Source: the human T2T-CHM13v2.0 reference genome, Homo sapiens
Strand: one strand, 5' to 3'
NCBI RefSeq assembly: GCF_009914755.1
Contig: NC_060945.1
Length of the DNA: 64,000 nucleotides
Shown here: positions 37,478-52,419 of the stretch, one piece after another
How the letters are laid out: the number at the start of each line of letters is the position of its first letter
Numbering within the stretch: position 1 is the stretch's first letter
Position numbers and translations under genes: made by a program
The notes under the pieces: generated by a model
What the model was told of the DNA's origin: nothing
The model's database searches: none
What the model saw: only the letters and a program-made list of their open reading frames with translations

Positions 37478-38427
37478 CCGGGTACTGACAAGCTGCTCCG
37501 AGTGAGTTTGTCTTGTCTTGGGCCAAATTCTAAGTCTGGCCAGGGCCACAGAAGGCCAAGTCCCCTGGGTGGTAATCCTGGCTGCTGCAGGGGGGCCTAT
37601 GGTGCCCCTCCCCTCCCAGGGCTCAGGATGAGGTCCAACTGGGACAGGATGCTTTAGGTATGGGACTTGTGCCCCAGGAGGGGGCCTCTGTCACACAGGT
37701 TGGGTGAGAAGATGTATGGCATGCTGCTGGCTGCCAGGGCTGTTGGGATGCACGTTCACCCTTCCCTTCAGGGACCTCAAAGTGACCAGCTTCCCCTTTA
37801 AGAATGACTTCCCAAGGCTCAGGAGCCATCTGGGGCTGCAGAGCAGCTGGCCGCATGCTGCCCTGGCTTCTTCCATGTTGTGCTGGTCACTACCCACCAA
37901 GGGGGTTCAGATGCAGGCACGATGCAGGACGGTTGTCTCTGGACCTGTGTCTTGGTTATCATGGAGCTGGACTGGGCCTGGTGACAGGGCCCTGATGGGG
38001 TTGTCCTGGGTGGTCACGGGGGTGATGAGAAAAGATGCAGAATGGAATTGCTGCGAGGATGGATGAGACGACCGTCAGCACAGAACAGGCACCCGGTGAG
38101 TGTTCAGGGATTCCCCTCAGTAGCTGCCCAGAGGCCAAAACCACCCACCTCATAGTGACTGTCCCCAAGCCAGGAGGAAGAGAGGAGAGCAGGTCCCACT
38201 CACCTGAGTCTGATCAGTGAGCTGTGTTGAGATGTGCCTCTCATCTAGAAAACGGTCCTTCACACAGAGCCACTCACGACACTGCTGTGTGTCTCTAACT
38301 GCTCCACAACACAGAGGCGATGGGGACTCAGCAACAGTGACATTGTGGGGTGACACAACCCACCACAATGGAAGCCTGCTTGGGTCAACAGGGCCCAGAG
38401 TCAGTGTCCTCTATCCCCTGAACTGAC

Positions 38428-38500
38428 ATGTGTGCATGCAATGTGTTTGTGTATGCATGTGTGCCTGTGTGTGTGTGCGCGCACTTATGTGTGTGTTTGT
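38428..38500. repeat. Degenerate (TG)n microsatellite
   Basis: tgtgtgcatgcaatgtgtttgtgtatgcatgtgtgcctgtgtgtgtgtgcgcg... Confidence 0.75.
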
Positions 38501-38799
38501 CTTGCTTCTCTGGACAGGCCTAGCTTCTCCACTCATGGGTGCACCCAGGTCCTCATCACTGTCACCTTAGAGTGGGGATGCAGACAGAGGAGGGGCACTG
38601 CATAATGCTGAGAGGGCTGGCACCCTCTCTAGGTGGAACACTGGTCATTTGTAAAGTTGTAGGTCTGCCAAGCAGTATTGCATTCAACACATCTTCTCAC
38701 TTTCTCTTTCCAGCCACCCTCCAGGGTGCCCTGACTCACCTTCCCTGCAGATGGAGGTGAGGCTCCACAGACAAACCCCCTACCTGAGGTCACACAGTG

Positions 38800-39415
38800 G
38801 CCAGCGGGCCAGGTACTGACCAACCGCCGCTGACCAGGTTCCCAGTGATGAGGCCCCTAATGACCACTCCTCCATTGACCAGGTCCCACTGATCAAGTCC
38901 CCACTGACCATGTCTTCCTAACCAGGCCCGCAGTTAATAGGCCTCATGGGCCGGACTCCACTGACCAATTTTCCACTGACCTGGTCCCCAGTGACAAGAC
39001 CAGGTTTCCACTGACAAGACCACTATTTACCAGGTTGCTGCTCACCCGACCCCCCACTGAACAATTCTCCATGGATGAGTCCCCAGCTGACCAAGCCACC
39101 TCTGACCAGGCCCTCACTGACCAGGCTCCAAGCCACCAAGGCCTCACACTGACCAGGCCCCTGGTATACTGTATATGCCCCACCAACCAGTTTTTCATTG
39201 TTTATGTTCCAACCAATCAGGCCCCACTAATAAGGCCACCACTGGCTAGGTCCCCCCACTGACCAGGCTTCCAATGACTAGGTCACCAGGTCCCCACTGA
39301 TGAGGCCTTTACTGAGGAGCCCACCACTAACCAGGCGCCTGCTGATGAGGTCCCAAATGACTAGGTCCTGATGACCAGGTCACCTCTGACCATGGTCCAC
39401 TGACCAGGCCCCTGA
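38800..39415. repeat. Degenerate ~14-15-bp minisatellite, consensus ~CCCCACTGACCAGG(C/T)
   Basis: Dozens of ccactgaccagg variants in tandem. Confidence 0.85.
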
Positions 39416-41067
39416 GCAGCCGTGCTCAAAGTCTTATTACAATGTCCCCCTCAGCTCACAGACCCTCCCTCCCTGCATGTGGGCCCAGAGGTCAGGCCCT
39501 GGGGTTTTTTTTTTTTTTTTTTTGGGAAATGGCCTTTCCTCCAAGACACAGGGAGAGACAGTCGGCCTCAGGGTCCAGGTTCCCAGCTCCACACTCACCC
39601 CAAAGGCCCTCTGGGCCCATCTCAAAGGAGACAGTGAGGTGGCCTGGCACTGCCTGGACACACCATCTACCCTATTCCTGAGTGTCAAAGTGTTAGGAAG
39701 GGAGGGACATTTGGCAGATGAGACACACTGTGCTGTTGGGTCTCCCAGGACCCTTCCCACAGAGCCCCGATCTAAAGACACAGCACAGAGGCTACAGGAA
39801 GACTAATCCAGAACCTCTGAGGCTGAGCCAGGGACCACATGAGGACTGTCCCCAGAGAGCCAGAAGGCCCTTTGCTAGTTTCTTGGTACCTCAGTGGATG
39901 CAGCAGCTGTTCTTCTGTTGGGGACCAGTGAGTACACGCTGGGGAGGGCTCGCCTGTGCTTCCTCAGTGGCTCCACCTCTGCTTCTAAAAAAAATTACTC
40001 ATTCCAGCGCTGGGGCAGAGAAAATACAAGATGAGCTTAGAACATCTTGTGCCAGAAAGTAAAAAAGTGCTGACAGAGTAATGGAGACAAATCAAAAACA
40101 CAACAAGTCAGCTTGGAATGTCTACCACTGGCCTAATCTTGGGGAATTGGAGCATCAGAATCATGAGCTTTCCTTCTCCCTTATTTATTGGTTTTATTTC
40201 TCCATGTAGAACAAAGAAGAGAATAAGAAAATAATCATCTGGCAACCATCATAGTAATAATTGTTCAAACACAAGTCATCCATGAAATGCTAAATCTAGT
40301 GGGTTCTGAGGAGTAACCAGATATTTACAGAGCCTCAAAGTATCTCCATACAAAATATGGTTGAACTACAAAAACAAAATAGTAGCATTAGCATGGACAA
40401 ACCTGGCAGGTACTCCTTAAGTCTCCTAAGTAATAAAAACTGTAAACTGCAAATAAGCCTTCGATGACCTTTACTAACCTTTACTAAAGTATCAATGATG
40501 ACTTGGTTGTTTAAACAGCTGATATTTGGGCAATTTGAGTATGTCAAACTAAATAATACTTGTTTTCATTTGCAAGATCCACTTAAAACTTAAGGAGGCT
40601 AAAAAACATCATTTAAAATACCCTATAAATTATCATCGTACATATGATACAAAAATATCCTACTTCAGTAAATATTGTAATGTTATATATTTTATGAGAA
40701 ACAATTAAAATGTGTAAATAGCCCAGTAATAAAGTTTTATAATCTTTTAAATCATACAATTTTTCCTTAAAACTTTATGGCTAAATATTCTCTTCATTAG
40801 ATGTGGCTTACCAGTGGATTCTAGAGAAGAAAATAGATGGGAGCAAGTGTCCAACACAGCAACAGCTAGAAAGAAAAATAAAGAATTATGTCCTTTACCT
40901 AAAGCACTTCAGTTAACTAAATGTGAGTTTAAAAACTAAAGAGTTGTGAACTTTATCAGAGTTTATAAGTATGAGAAATATGTATGTACATTTACAATAC
41001 AAAATTACTATTTAATAATTTACACATGGCATTAATTCTAATTGTGTTTAAATATCAGAGCTTTTTC

Positions 41068-41560
41068 ATTCTTCATTCATGTAATCAACAGCCATGTGCC
41101 AAGGTACTAGAACCAGCACTGGAATTACAAGAGGAAGATGGTGTGGTCCACCTCTCAACAGTCATATGCTATAACCTAAAAAAACAGACAGGCAGGTAAT
41201 GTCCATATAGAGTCATAGATACCATGACAGGTATACAGCAGGGCACTACTGGAACACACAGAAGGGACACCTACCCACTTTTATGTCAACATCATGGGCT
41301 TTCTGATGGAGGAGATATCATAGGTTGATACCTGAAGGACAAGGAAAAGCTTGCCAGATAGAGGGAAGAGGCAAAGGCAAAGAGCCTGAGATGAGGAAGA
41401 GCCCTGCAGAGTTCCACTCCATCAAGTTTGGGCTACAGCAAAGGGTAGAGTGCAGTAAGTGGTGAGAGACAAGGCTGAGTAACTTGACAAGAATTACATT
41501 GACATGGGTGTTTTTATTTCATGGTGAAAAATCTGGAATGTTTCCTGAGAACAAGTGTAA
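41068..41560 (-). mobile_element. Old L2-like fragment
   Basis: Begins ttcattcttcattcatgtaatcaaca...atgtgccaaggtact, resembling the reverse of an L2 3' tail; highly diverged. Confidence 0.4.
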
Positions 41561-42007
41561 GCCAATGACACAGTAAATGACAGGAGATTTAAAATGTCAC
41601 CTGTCAAGTGACTGCTTATGAAGGGTTATTGCTCAACTAAGCATTTCTGAATGAGTCTAAGGTCTGTTGGCCTTCAATTTCTACCAAAACCCTGAGAACT
41701 TGATGATGCCTGTGTTTTCTGAGAATCGTTTCAGTGTGCTGGCTGACAGTTCCATGAGGATGGCAAAACTTAAGAAAGTGTAGAGCCAGTGAAAAAGAGA
41801 TGCACAGACTTCTTGGGAATTTTTTAAGCTACAGAACATGATGAATTTATGGTGCATAAGTACAGTCTTCTCTGTGAAAGTTTTTGTTTTCACATCTTTC
41901 ATTAGATGTGTGTAAGAAAAAAAATACTTGACGTAGTATCTACTAACCCAAGAATGAAAAGGAATGCCATTTGCTATTTACACTTTATTTCTAAAATAAA
42001 CCTAAAT

Positions 42008-42079
42008 TTAATTAATAAATTTTGGCAACATACTTCTCTTTGTTTCTCTAATTATTTGTTCCACACAGTCCAGCTCCAT
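42008..42079 (-). pseudogene. ANKRD18-like terminal coding segment
   Basis: attttag|MELDCVEQIIRETKRSMLPKFIN*; an internal donor gtatgt also follows 42034. Confidence 0.7.
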
Positions 42080-42385
42080 CTAAAATAAGTAAAAATAATA
42101 ATAATGTTTAAGTTAAACAAGAAACATTATCATGAAAATAATGTATCATTTACAAAATGTGGCCTTTAGTATTTTTAGTGACTAGACATAACTTGAAGTT
42201 TGCTTAAATAGAAAAATAATCACATAAATAAAGTAAAATTTCTACTTATTTTAAGTTTAGATAACAGAGGATGTATATGTGTAATGCTGTTTAGAGTAAT
42301 CGGACAAAAATACAGTTAATATTGATCTATTGCATATACATGATTTTAGAAAGGTAGTGTTTTATTAGTACAAAGGTTAAACAAT

Positions 42386-42730
<345 letters not shown>

Positions 42731-42825
42731 TTAGAAAACTCTGCCCTTTATAAAAGTTTAATCCATTTTTTACTTCAATAAATTTTATCTTAAAAAGAAA
42801 TTTCTATTCTCTACTTATAGTAAAC

Positions 42826-43980
42826 TTTTCTTTCTTTTTTTTTTTTTTTTTAGTTTATATTCTAAATTAAGGTGGTACCTCTGTAGGATTCTTCCAAAGG
42901 CATATTGAGGGATGCCGAGGTTTGCAGTACAGTTGAACCCATCACACAGGTAGTGAGCGTAGGACCCAGTAAGTAGTTTTTCAACCCTGGCCCACTCTGT
43001 CCCTCCCTGCTCTTATTTCCTAGTGTCTATTATTCCCATGTTTATGACAATGTGCACCCAATGTGTAGCTTCCACATGAGTGAAAACATGAGATACTTGG
43101 TTTCTGTTTCTGCATTGGTTTGCTTAGGAGAGTGGATTCCAGCTGTATCCATGTTGCTGCAAATGATGTCACTTTGTTCTTTTTATGGCTGCTTAGTATT
43201 CCATGGTATATATGGAATTTTCCAATCTACCTTGGATTTTCAATCTACCTTGGATGCACCTGGATTGACTCCATGTCTTTGCTATTGTGAATAGTGCTGC
43301 AATGAACATACATGTGCATGCATCTTTTTGTTACAATGATTTATTGTCCTTTCAGTATAACCTTAGTATAGTAATGGGGTTGCTGCATCCAATGGTCATT
43401 CTTAGTTCTTAATTTCCAAACTGCTGTCCATAGTAGCAGAATTAATTTGCATTGCCACAAACGGTGTGTGTTCCCTTTTCTCCACAGCCTCCCCAACATC
43501 TTTTATTTATTTATTTATTTATTTTACTTTTTAACAAAAGTCATTCTGACTGGTGTGAAATGGTATCTCACTGATGTTTTGTTTGGCATTTTTCTGATTA
43601 GCAATGGTAAGCATTTGTTAATGTTTGTTGGCCACTTACATGTGTTATTTTGAGAAGAGTCTGTTCATGTCCTTTGCCCATTTTTAATGGTGTTATTTAT
43701 TTTTTGCTTGTTGATTTGTTTAGGTCTCTTATAGATTCTGGATAATAGGATAATATGCATTTGCTATACCCATAGTTTGTGAATATTTTCTTCCATTCTT
43801 TAGGCTGTCTGTTTAATCCCGTGATAGTTTCTCGTGCTGTGCAGCTCTTTAGCTAAATTAGATCACACTTGTCAATTTTTGTTATTCTTGCAATTGCTTT
43901 TGAGGACTTAGCCATAAATTGACAAATATGATGTCTAGAAGAGTATTTCCTAGGTTTTCTTCCAGGATTTTTATAGCCAG
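42826..43980 (-). mobile_element. L1 3'-end fragment (L1PB/L1MA-like)
   Basis: Poly-T followed by typical antisense L1 motifs (gctattgtgaatagtgctgcaatgaacatac; attctgactggtgtgaaatggtatctca). Confidence 0.85.
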
Positions 43981-44013
43981 AAGATGTACTCTTATGTAAG
44001 AAAAGCACAAGCC

Positions 44014-44313
44014 TTTTTTTTTTTTTTTTTTTTTTTGAGACGGAGTCTCCATCACCCAGGCTATAGTGCAGTGGTATGATCTTGGCTTACTGCAACCTCT
44101 GTCTCCTGGGTTCAAGTGATTCTCCTGCCTCAGCCTCCTGAGTATCTGAGATTACACATGCCTGCCAACATGCCTTGCTAATTTTTGTATTTTTACTAGA
44201 GACAGGTTTCATCATGTTGACCAGGCTGATCTCAAACTCCTGACCTCAGGTGATTCACCTGCCTTGGCCTCCCCAAATTTTGGGATTACAAGTGTGAGCC
44301 ACCACGCCTGGCC
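44014..44313 (-). mobile_element. Alu
   Basis: Poly-T + gagacggagtctc...gtgagccaccacgcctggcc; TSD-like aagcacaa. Confidence 0.95.
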
Positions 44314-44491
44314 AAGCACAAAGCTTTTAACATAAAAATGGAAATGAACATTTTAGTGTTTGGTTTAATTCATAAAATGCAATTATTTTGGATTCTCCTA
44401 AATAATAAACATCCATATGTGGTAAAGTGTTTGGATGCCAATCATTCAGTTGTGATTATGGGTGGGAAGAGTTGAGATGGTGCAAATAAAC

Positions 44492-44800
44492 TTTTTTCTA
44501 ATTTTTTATTTTCAAGACGGAGTCTTTCCCTGTTACCCAGGCTGGAGTGCAGTGGTGCAATCTCAGCTCCTGCAACCTCTGTCTCCCAGGTTCAAGCAAT
44601 TCTCTGCCTCAGCCTTCCTAGTAGCTGGGATTACAGGTGCCCGCCACCACACCTGGCTTTTTTTTTTTTTTTTTGTACTTTTAGTAGAGACGGGGTTTCA
44701 CCATCTTGGCCAGGCTGGTCTCGAACTTCTGACCTCGTGACATTCCTGCCTCGGCCTCCCAAAGTGCTGGGATTACAGGCATGAGCCACCGCACCTGCCT
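44492..44800 (-). mobile_element. Alu
   Basis: Antisense Alu dimer; TSD ggtgcaaa(t/g)aaacttt. Confidence 0.95.
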
Positions 44801-44828
44801 GGTGCAAAGAAACTTTAAAAGTGACAAG

Positions 44829-45142
<314 letters not shown>

Positions 45143-45474
45143 CTAAACTACAATCAATTAGAGAGTAAGCCAAAGTATCTCAAAGTATATCATCAGTTAT
45201 AAGGCAATAACATGCAATTTCTAAAACCTAACTTAAATGCAGCTTTTAAAGACATTTTAAACATGTCAGTTTAGTCACATTTATTGAATAAAGTTAGCAA
45301 ATGGATATCTCTCAAAAATGAGAGCTCCAGGGAATTAAAAAATGTAAAGTTCCCATTTCCTTTCTGTGTTAACACAGCTAATTATGATCTTTACTTAACA
45401 TGCATAAGTCAACAGAACAACTCAGTATTTCACCAAATTAAAAACAAGAATTACGCTAGAGAAATGAAACCCTA

Positions 45475-45792
<318 letters not shown>

Positions 45793-47060
45793 TTAAAAAC
45801 TTGCCCTGAGAGTAAACCAAATTACCCACTAAACAGTGTTTTCACACTGAAGATGTGTGAGAGCATACCTATTGTAAGGAATTATACTTTTAAAATCACT
45901 CTAAAGAAGCACCTGTGTTTCTAAGGTGATTTATACTGAAGAAGCAGCTCAAACAAAGTAGACAGGGAAGAGAAATGGCTACCAGTGATGTATGGCTCAA
46001 CGGGTAAAACTTGCTGCCTTCTAAAATGGCTCTACTTGTAAGATTCTGAAGATTCCACTTGAAATACTTGTATTTAAAGGGTAACAACATGGGAAAAGGA
46101 ATATGTTGATTTGCTTGATTATAAGAACCACTTCACTAGAAATAATTATATCAAAACATCATGTTGTGCTCCTTAATGTAGGTTAAGAAAACTAAAATGA
46201 ACAAAAAAAATCTAGGAATACTTGTGTTTAGTAAACCAGTTTCAGGTTTCACGCTTGTACATTTCACCAATTATCTAGGACCAATTAAACATTTGGTAAT
46301 GAGGAATAATTCAGAGCAACAACTCCTAGGGGAGAACTAGATTGTTTGGTTGTTGATCAAAAAGAACTAAAGCATCTCTGAAGGCAATTAGCCCCCAGCA
46401 CTGTGACCAAGGCACTGGAGGTGGGGCTTGTTCTTTTTGCCTTCCACACACCCCTTCAGACTGAACAAGGTGTTATTTTTTAACCGCTTTGTGAATTACA
46501 CTTCTTTAAATTCCTGTGATAATTATTCCCTATTTCATAAGGATGCCTTTCTATAACATCTTGAATATGTTACACAGGTAGTCTTTCTTGAGGCACCCTC
46601 TAGTCATAATACTAAAGATCACAATCAAAAATGATTGTGCCCAGAGTAGCAGTACCACTTGACACTTTGGGTTTAGGTCGTGATCTACTGAAAAATAAAC
46701 TCATTAATATTACTATTTAGGGAAATTCTGACAAGTAATTTAAAACAAGATCACTTTATTAATTATAAAGCTTCAAAAATACTTAGTAAAAAAACTTACA
46801 GATTAACTACAAGAGACTTTTCAGGAGAAAAAAGCCATACAAAAGCAAAAAAAAAAAAAAAAAAATGAGAGGAGAGAGAGAAACTATCCTTGAATAACAT
46901 TTTAAAGGTAAGATTACTTACTAACATTATTTTCCAAAATTACGTTGTCAAATTAGCATTGACTTCCTACTAATATCCTGAAGCCATCTCACTAAAAATT
47001 ATGCTTTCAAAACAAATTAATGAGCTGAATTCATTTTCTATAAGTGTATGTTTGGACTTA

Positions 47061-47273
<213 letters not shown>

Positions 47274-47763
47274 CTAAAACAAATGAAAAGAATATATTTT
47301 TAAAACAATTATAACCTAATTATTATATGTTTGTTGCCTTTCATTTTGAGCCAGTGATTCAAGAGCAATTTTGAATATGTTAAAAAAAGAGGCTGAAGCT
47401 TAAAATGTTTATCAGCAGTATCAAAACTAATAACTGAATTCAGAATCAAGTCTGATTTATAAAAATTTGAAACCATAATTATGTTAGTATTAATGTAATC
47501 TGGTCATATAAAAAGCAATAGAATCCATTCATAATTTTAAAAAGTGATCAATGAACAAAGTAGCTTAAGACCAATTCAAAAGTATCACATAATTTCTAAA
47601 TCACAACTTTTTCTTATGCCAACTGGTCTTAATCATCAAATGACTCCATAGTAAGAATCATTACTCTGAAAGATTGATTTTGTTATAATAATGGAAATTT
47701 AAATATTTAAAAGAAAAAACAGATGCCATTTTTTTTTCTAAAACTCTACAAAGCAAATTGCTA

Positions 47764-48249
<486 letters not shown>

Positions 48250-48601
48250 CTATTATCTGTAGTGCAGTAGATTCTTCAAATGTGAACCCTTAAATTACTC
48301 AGAATTTTAAGAACAAAGTTAAAGCTACCATGAGTCACAAAAATACATTATTTAACTATCATCATCTTTGTCACAGAACTTTTGCACTTCATCTTACTTT
48401 TATTTTTCTGATAATTTATTTTTGTTCCTCCTTAAGTAGCACTAAGCTATCTCTTAGTAAAAGGTGTCTATCCCCCTTCCCTCATTATCATTCCCCATAA
48501 TATGTCAAAAAAAGTTTCAGAAATATCACACTGAGTTATTTAGGCCAAAGTCAATAAATGGCTCTAGGAATAAGACTTTGAAAATAATATAACACTCTAT
48601 A

Positions 48602-48900
48602 CTAGGCATGGTGGGTCATGCCTGTAATCCTAGCACTTTAAAAAGCTGTGGCAGAAAGATTACTTGAGGCCAGGAATTTGAGATCAGCCAGAGGAACATA
48701 GTGAGGCCCCCATCTCTACAAAAAAAAGTGTTTTTTAAATTAGCCAGGCATGGTGGCTCATGTCTGTAGACCCAGCTATTTGGGAGACCGAGGCAAAAGG
48801 ATGGTTTGTACCCAGAGTTCAGGGCTGCAGTGAATTATGACCACATCACTGCCCTTCTGCCTGGATGACAGACAAAGACCCTATCTCAAAAAACACAAAA
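48602..48900 (+). mobile_element. Diverged Alu (AluJ-like)
   Basis: ctaggcatggtgggtcatgcctgtaatcc...cttgaggccaggaatttgaga. Confidence 0.85.
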
Positions 48901-49009
48901 TAATGAATCCTGTAAATAAGTATTCTGATGCCATAAGCCTTTCCTTAAACTGCAAATGTTTCATGCTAATTTGAGTTGCATTTTAAGAAGTAATGATTCT
49001 TGGGGTAAA

Positions 49010-50740
49010 GGTCACAGAATACAGCACCCAGAAATAAATCCACATATTTCCAGCCAAGTGATTTTGGATGAACATGCCAAGAACATACACTGGGGAAAGG
49101 ACAGCCTCTTCAAATGAATGGCACTGGGAAAACTAAATATCCATATGGAGAAGAATGATACTAGCTTCCTATGTAACACCATATAACAACATAAACTCAG
49201 AATCAATTGAAGACTGAAATGTAAGGCCCAAAATTATCAAACTACTATAAGTAAACATAGGGAAAATTCTTGAGGACAGTCTGCACAAAGATTTTTATGG
49301 GTAAGATATCAGAAGCATAGGCAAAAAACAAATGATAGACAAATGGTACTACATTAACCTAAAAAGCTTCTGTCCAGCTAACAACTGAGTGAAGAGAAAA
49401 CTTGTAGAATGGGAGAAAATATCATCAAGCTATTAATCTAATAAGGGACTAATATCCAAAATGTACAAGAAATTCAAACAACTTGACAGTAAAAAAAATC
49501 TGAGTTCAAAATTGGGCAAAATATCTAACTATACTTTTTTTTAGAAAAAAGAAATACAAATAGCCAATAAATAAATTTAACAATGTTCATTATCACTAAT
49601 CCTCAGAGAAATACAAATCAAATCTACAATATGATATAATCTTGCTTCAATTTGAATAAATTATCATCATGGAAAAGATAAAAAAAAAATGCTGGTGAGG
49701 TTCCAGAGAACAGTAAACTCTTATGTGCTGTTGGTGGGAAGGTAAATTAGTGCAGCCACTATATAAAACAACATGAGGTTTCCTCAAAAAATTAATAATG
49801 GAACTGCCGAGGGATCCAGCAAGCCCACTACTGGGTATTCAGGCAATAGAAAGAAAACAATAGATCAAAAGGATGCCTGTCCTCATATGTTTATTGTAGC
49901 ACTAGTCACTACGGCTAATGTATGGAATCAACCTACATATCCATCACCAAAAGAAAAGACAAAAAACTGTGGCACACATACACAATGGAATACTATTCAC
50001 CGTATAAAGGAATTAAATCCTGTTATCGTGGCCACGTGGATCAGTCTGGAGGATGTTATGTTAAGTGCAGACACAGAAAGATAAATACTGCACATTCTCA
50101 CTCCTGTGTGGGAGCTAAAGAAAAATTGAGGGCTGGGCAACATGGCTGATGCCTGTAATTTCCTAGCACTTAGAAAGACAAAGGCAGGAGAGTCACTTGA
50201 GGCCAAAAGTTCCAGAGCACCTGGGCAGCATAGGGAGATATTTCTATAAAGTCAAAAATCAGATGGGTGCAAGGGTGCATGCTCATAATCCTAGCTTCTC
50301 AGGAGGCTGAGGTGTGAGGATCACATGAGCCCAAGAGTTGGGGGCTGCAGTGAACTACGATCAAACTACTGTCTCCCATCTGGGTGACTACAGTTGCCCA
50401 GAGCCCAGACTACACTAGCAAGACCCTGTCTCTTAACAACAACAAAAATCTCAAAGAAGTAGGGGAAGGTAGGTTGGTTAATGGATATAGAATTACAGTT
50501 AGATAAGAAGAATGAGTTCTGGTGTTCTGTGGCATTGTAGGGTGAATATGGTTAACTATGATTTATTGTATATTTTTTAAAAGCCAGAAGATTGTGAATG
50601 TTCACAATTCAAAGAAATGAAAAATGGTTGAAGTAGTAAATGTGCTAGTTAGCTTGATCATTACACCCTATTTACATGTATCAGAATATCACTCTATAAC
50701 CCATAATTATGTATATATGTGTCAATTAAAACAAAAGAGA
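49010..50740 (+). mobile_element. L1 (L1M-type) ORF2/3' UTR fragments, interrupted by an Alu
   Basis: ggggaaaggacagcctcttcaaatgaatggcactggg; tgtttattgtagcacta; gtggatcagtctggaggatgttatgttaagtg. Confidence 0.8.
50131..50448 (+). mobile_element. Diverged Alu (AluJ-like)
   Basis: ggctgggcaacatggctgatgcctgtaat...gcaagaccctgtctc. Confidence 0.8.
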
Positions 50741-50764
50741 AGTTACATTGATCCCATTTAAAAA

Positions 50765-51156
50765 AACAGAATATGGGCCAACCTTACTGACTTCCTCCTA
50801 ATGAATAGAATGCAGTAAAAGGGATACCATGCGGCTTACCTATCTCAGACTGTTTTCCCTTGGAACCCAGCCCCCAGATTGTGAGAGCACTCAGGCCACA
50901 AAGAGAACCTGGCAGTGCCAGTGTCAGTGTTCATGCTGCCTGTCCCAACCAAGGTTCCAGCCAATGGCCAGCATCAACCATCAAACATGTGGGCGAGCAA
51001 TGCTTCAGAGGATTCCATTTCCCCAACTGATAGCTGTTCCTAGGGAAGCTGAGGGGAGTAGAGACGATCTGTCCTGGCCAAGCTTTTTCCAAACCACAGG
51101 TTCATTAACAAAATAAATATTTTTCTTTTAAGCCACAAAACTCTGGGTAATCGTTA
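50765..51156 (+). mobile_element. MLT1-like MaLR LTR remnant
   Basis: aatgaatagaatgcag...cttggaacccagcc...aataaat...ttttaagccac..ctctgggtaatcgtt, resembling an MLT1 3' end. Confidence 0.5.
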
Positions 51157-52419
51157 GAAAAATAAGTTTTAAAAAGAGACAACAGGAAACATAACTTATG
51201 CAGCAGAAAAGAGTCTCCTTTAAAGTAGGATCTAACACATGTTGAGGTTAATTTATTGATGGCAAACATTATTGAGAAGCAGCAGATAACCAGGACAGAG
51301 ACATAAGCTGCTGAGGAGGAACTTTTCCTAAAACTCCTTCAATTATGAACTCTGATAACAAGGCAAGGGTGTCTCCTTACAGTTTCCCCTCAAGTTAGGA
51401 AATAAGACTGGGAAGCAAGAAGAAGACATATGGTATGAAAAAAAACTAGAAATACTTGGTTACACAATCAAAATCAGACATTTACCTGATTTGAATTAAC
51501 TAAAATTCTAAAAGATAAGCTTTCAGTATTTATTAATCAATCTAGTATTTAATTTTTATTTTCCTTTTCTCAATGAGGAAATAAGGAGAACATTATGAAA
51601 TGATTTTTAGTCTTCACAGAAGTAAAATAAACATAGTGTGCTTTGAGTGTTAAGCAATCAAATGCAATTTCTCCTTTACCTTACTTCAAGCTTGTTTGTT
51701 TGGAGAAGTTAAGACCATCCCATCTCTATGCTATACCACAAGACTTCTCTATAGCACACAACTTGGCTCTGAAATTTTGAAAGTCAAAATACTAATCTAC
51801 TATGTGTCTCTGATAAATTGCCTGAACATTACCTGATTTTGAAGTGCTGCACTCCTAAGACCTTTTCTTGGAATGAGTCAAACTTTATATTCCAAGAATC
51901 CTCTACTGAGCTAGAAAGCAGAGCTGTGCATCTCTGTTTCAGTAAAAGGTGGTCAATACAGCTAACTGTGGTTTCTGAGAATGCAAGATCTGCACCAAGA
52001 AAAGGATTAGCCACAGTGCTACCCAAGAGAACCAGCTACCAGGTGGAAAGAGGATCTGTGAACTGCAAGATGATGACTTCACTTGATTTTCACTGAGGAA
52101 AGCTGGCGGCTCAGACTTAAACTTCTCCTTCCTGGATGGTAAACATCTATGGAAGATTCTATGAATTATAATGAGTTAGGAAAACATAATGCACTAAATA
52201 TTAGACTATCTCAGCAGATCCTGTGACCAAAACTTACTGAAAACAAAACTATAGCAGGAGGCAATGGAAAAGAGACTAAAGATTTGAATGGAGAAAAAAG
52301 AAATAAAGTGTGTCTTATAGGCCTGGCTTCCCATCATGTCTTAGAGTAAGTAAGGTATAAGCTGGCCCAGAGACTCCTTTGAGACACAAAAGGTGAAATT
52401 AAAGATATTCCACTAAATT

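Noticed and set aside
36970-38420. Cluster of overlapping ORFs in GC-richer sequence
   Set aside because: No recognisable protein; ORFs on both strands are explained by composition and the inverted repeat. A second pseudogene fragment cannot be excluded without BLAST.
39378-39391. Estrogen response element-like ggtca-cctc-tgacc
   Set aside because: Spacer is 4 nt rather than 3, and such matches are expected by chance in this minisatellite.
51829-52035. Possible extra minus-strand exon (ORF ending at a CAG|gtaatg donor)
   Set aside because: Translation does not match the ANKRD18 family and flanking exons join in frame without it; not supportable without RNA data.
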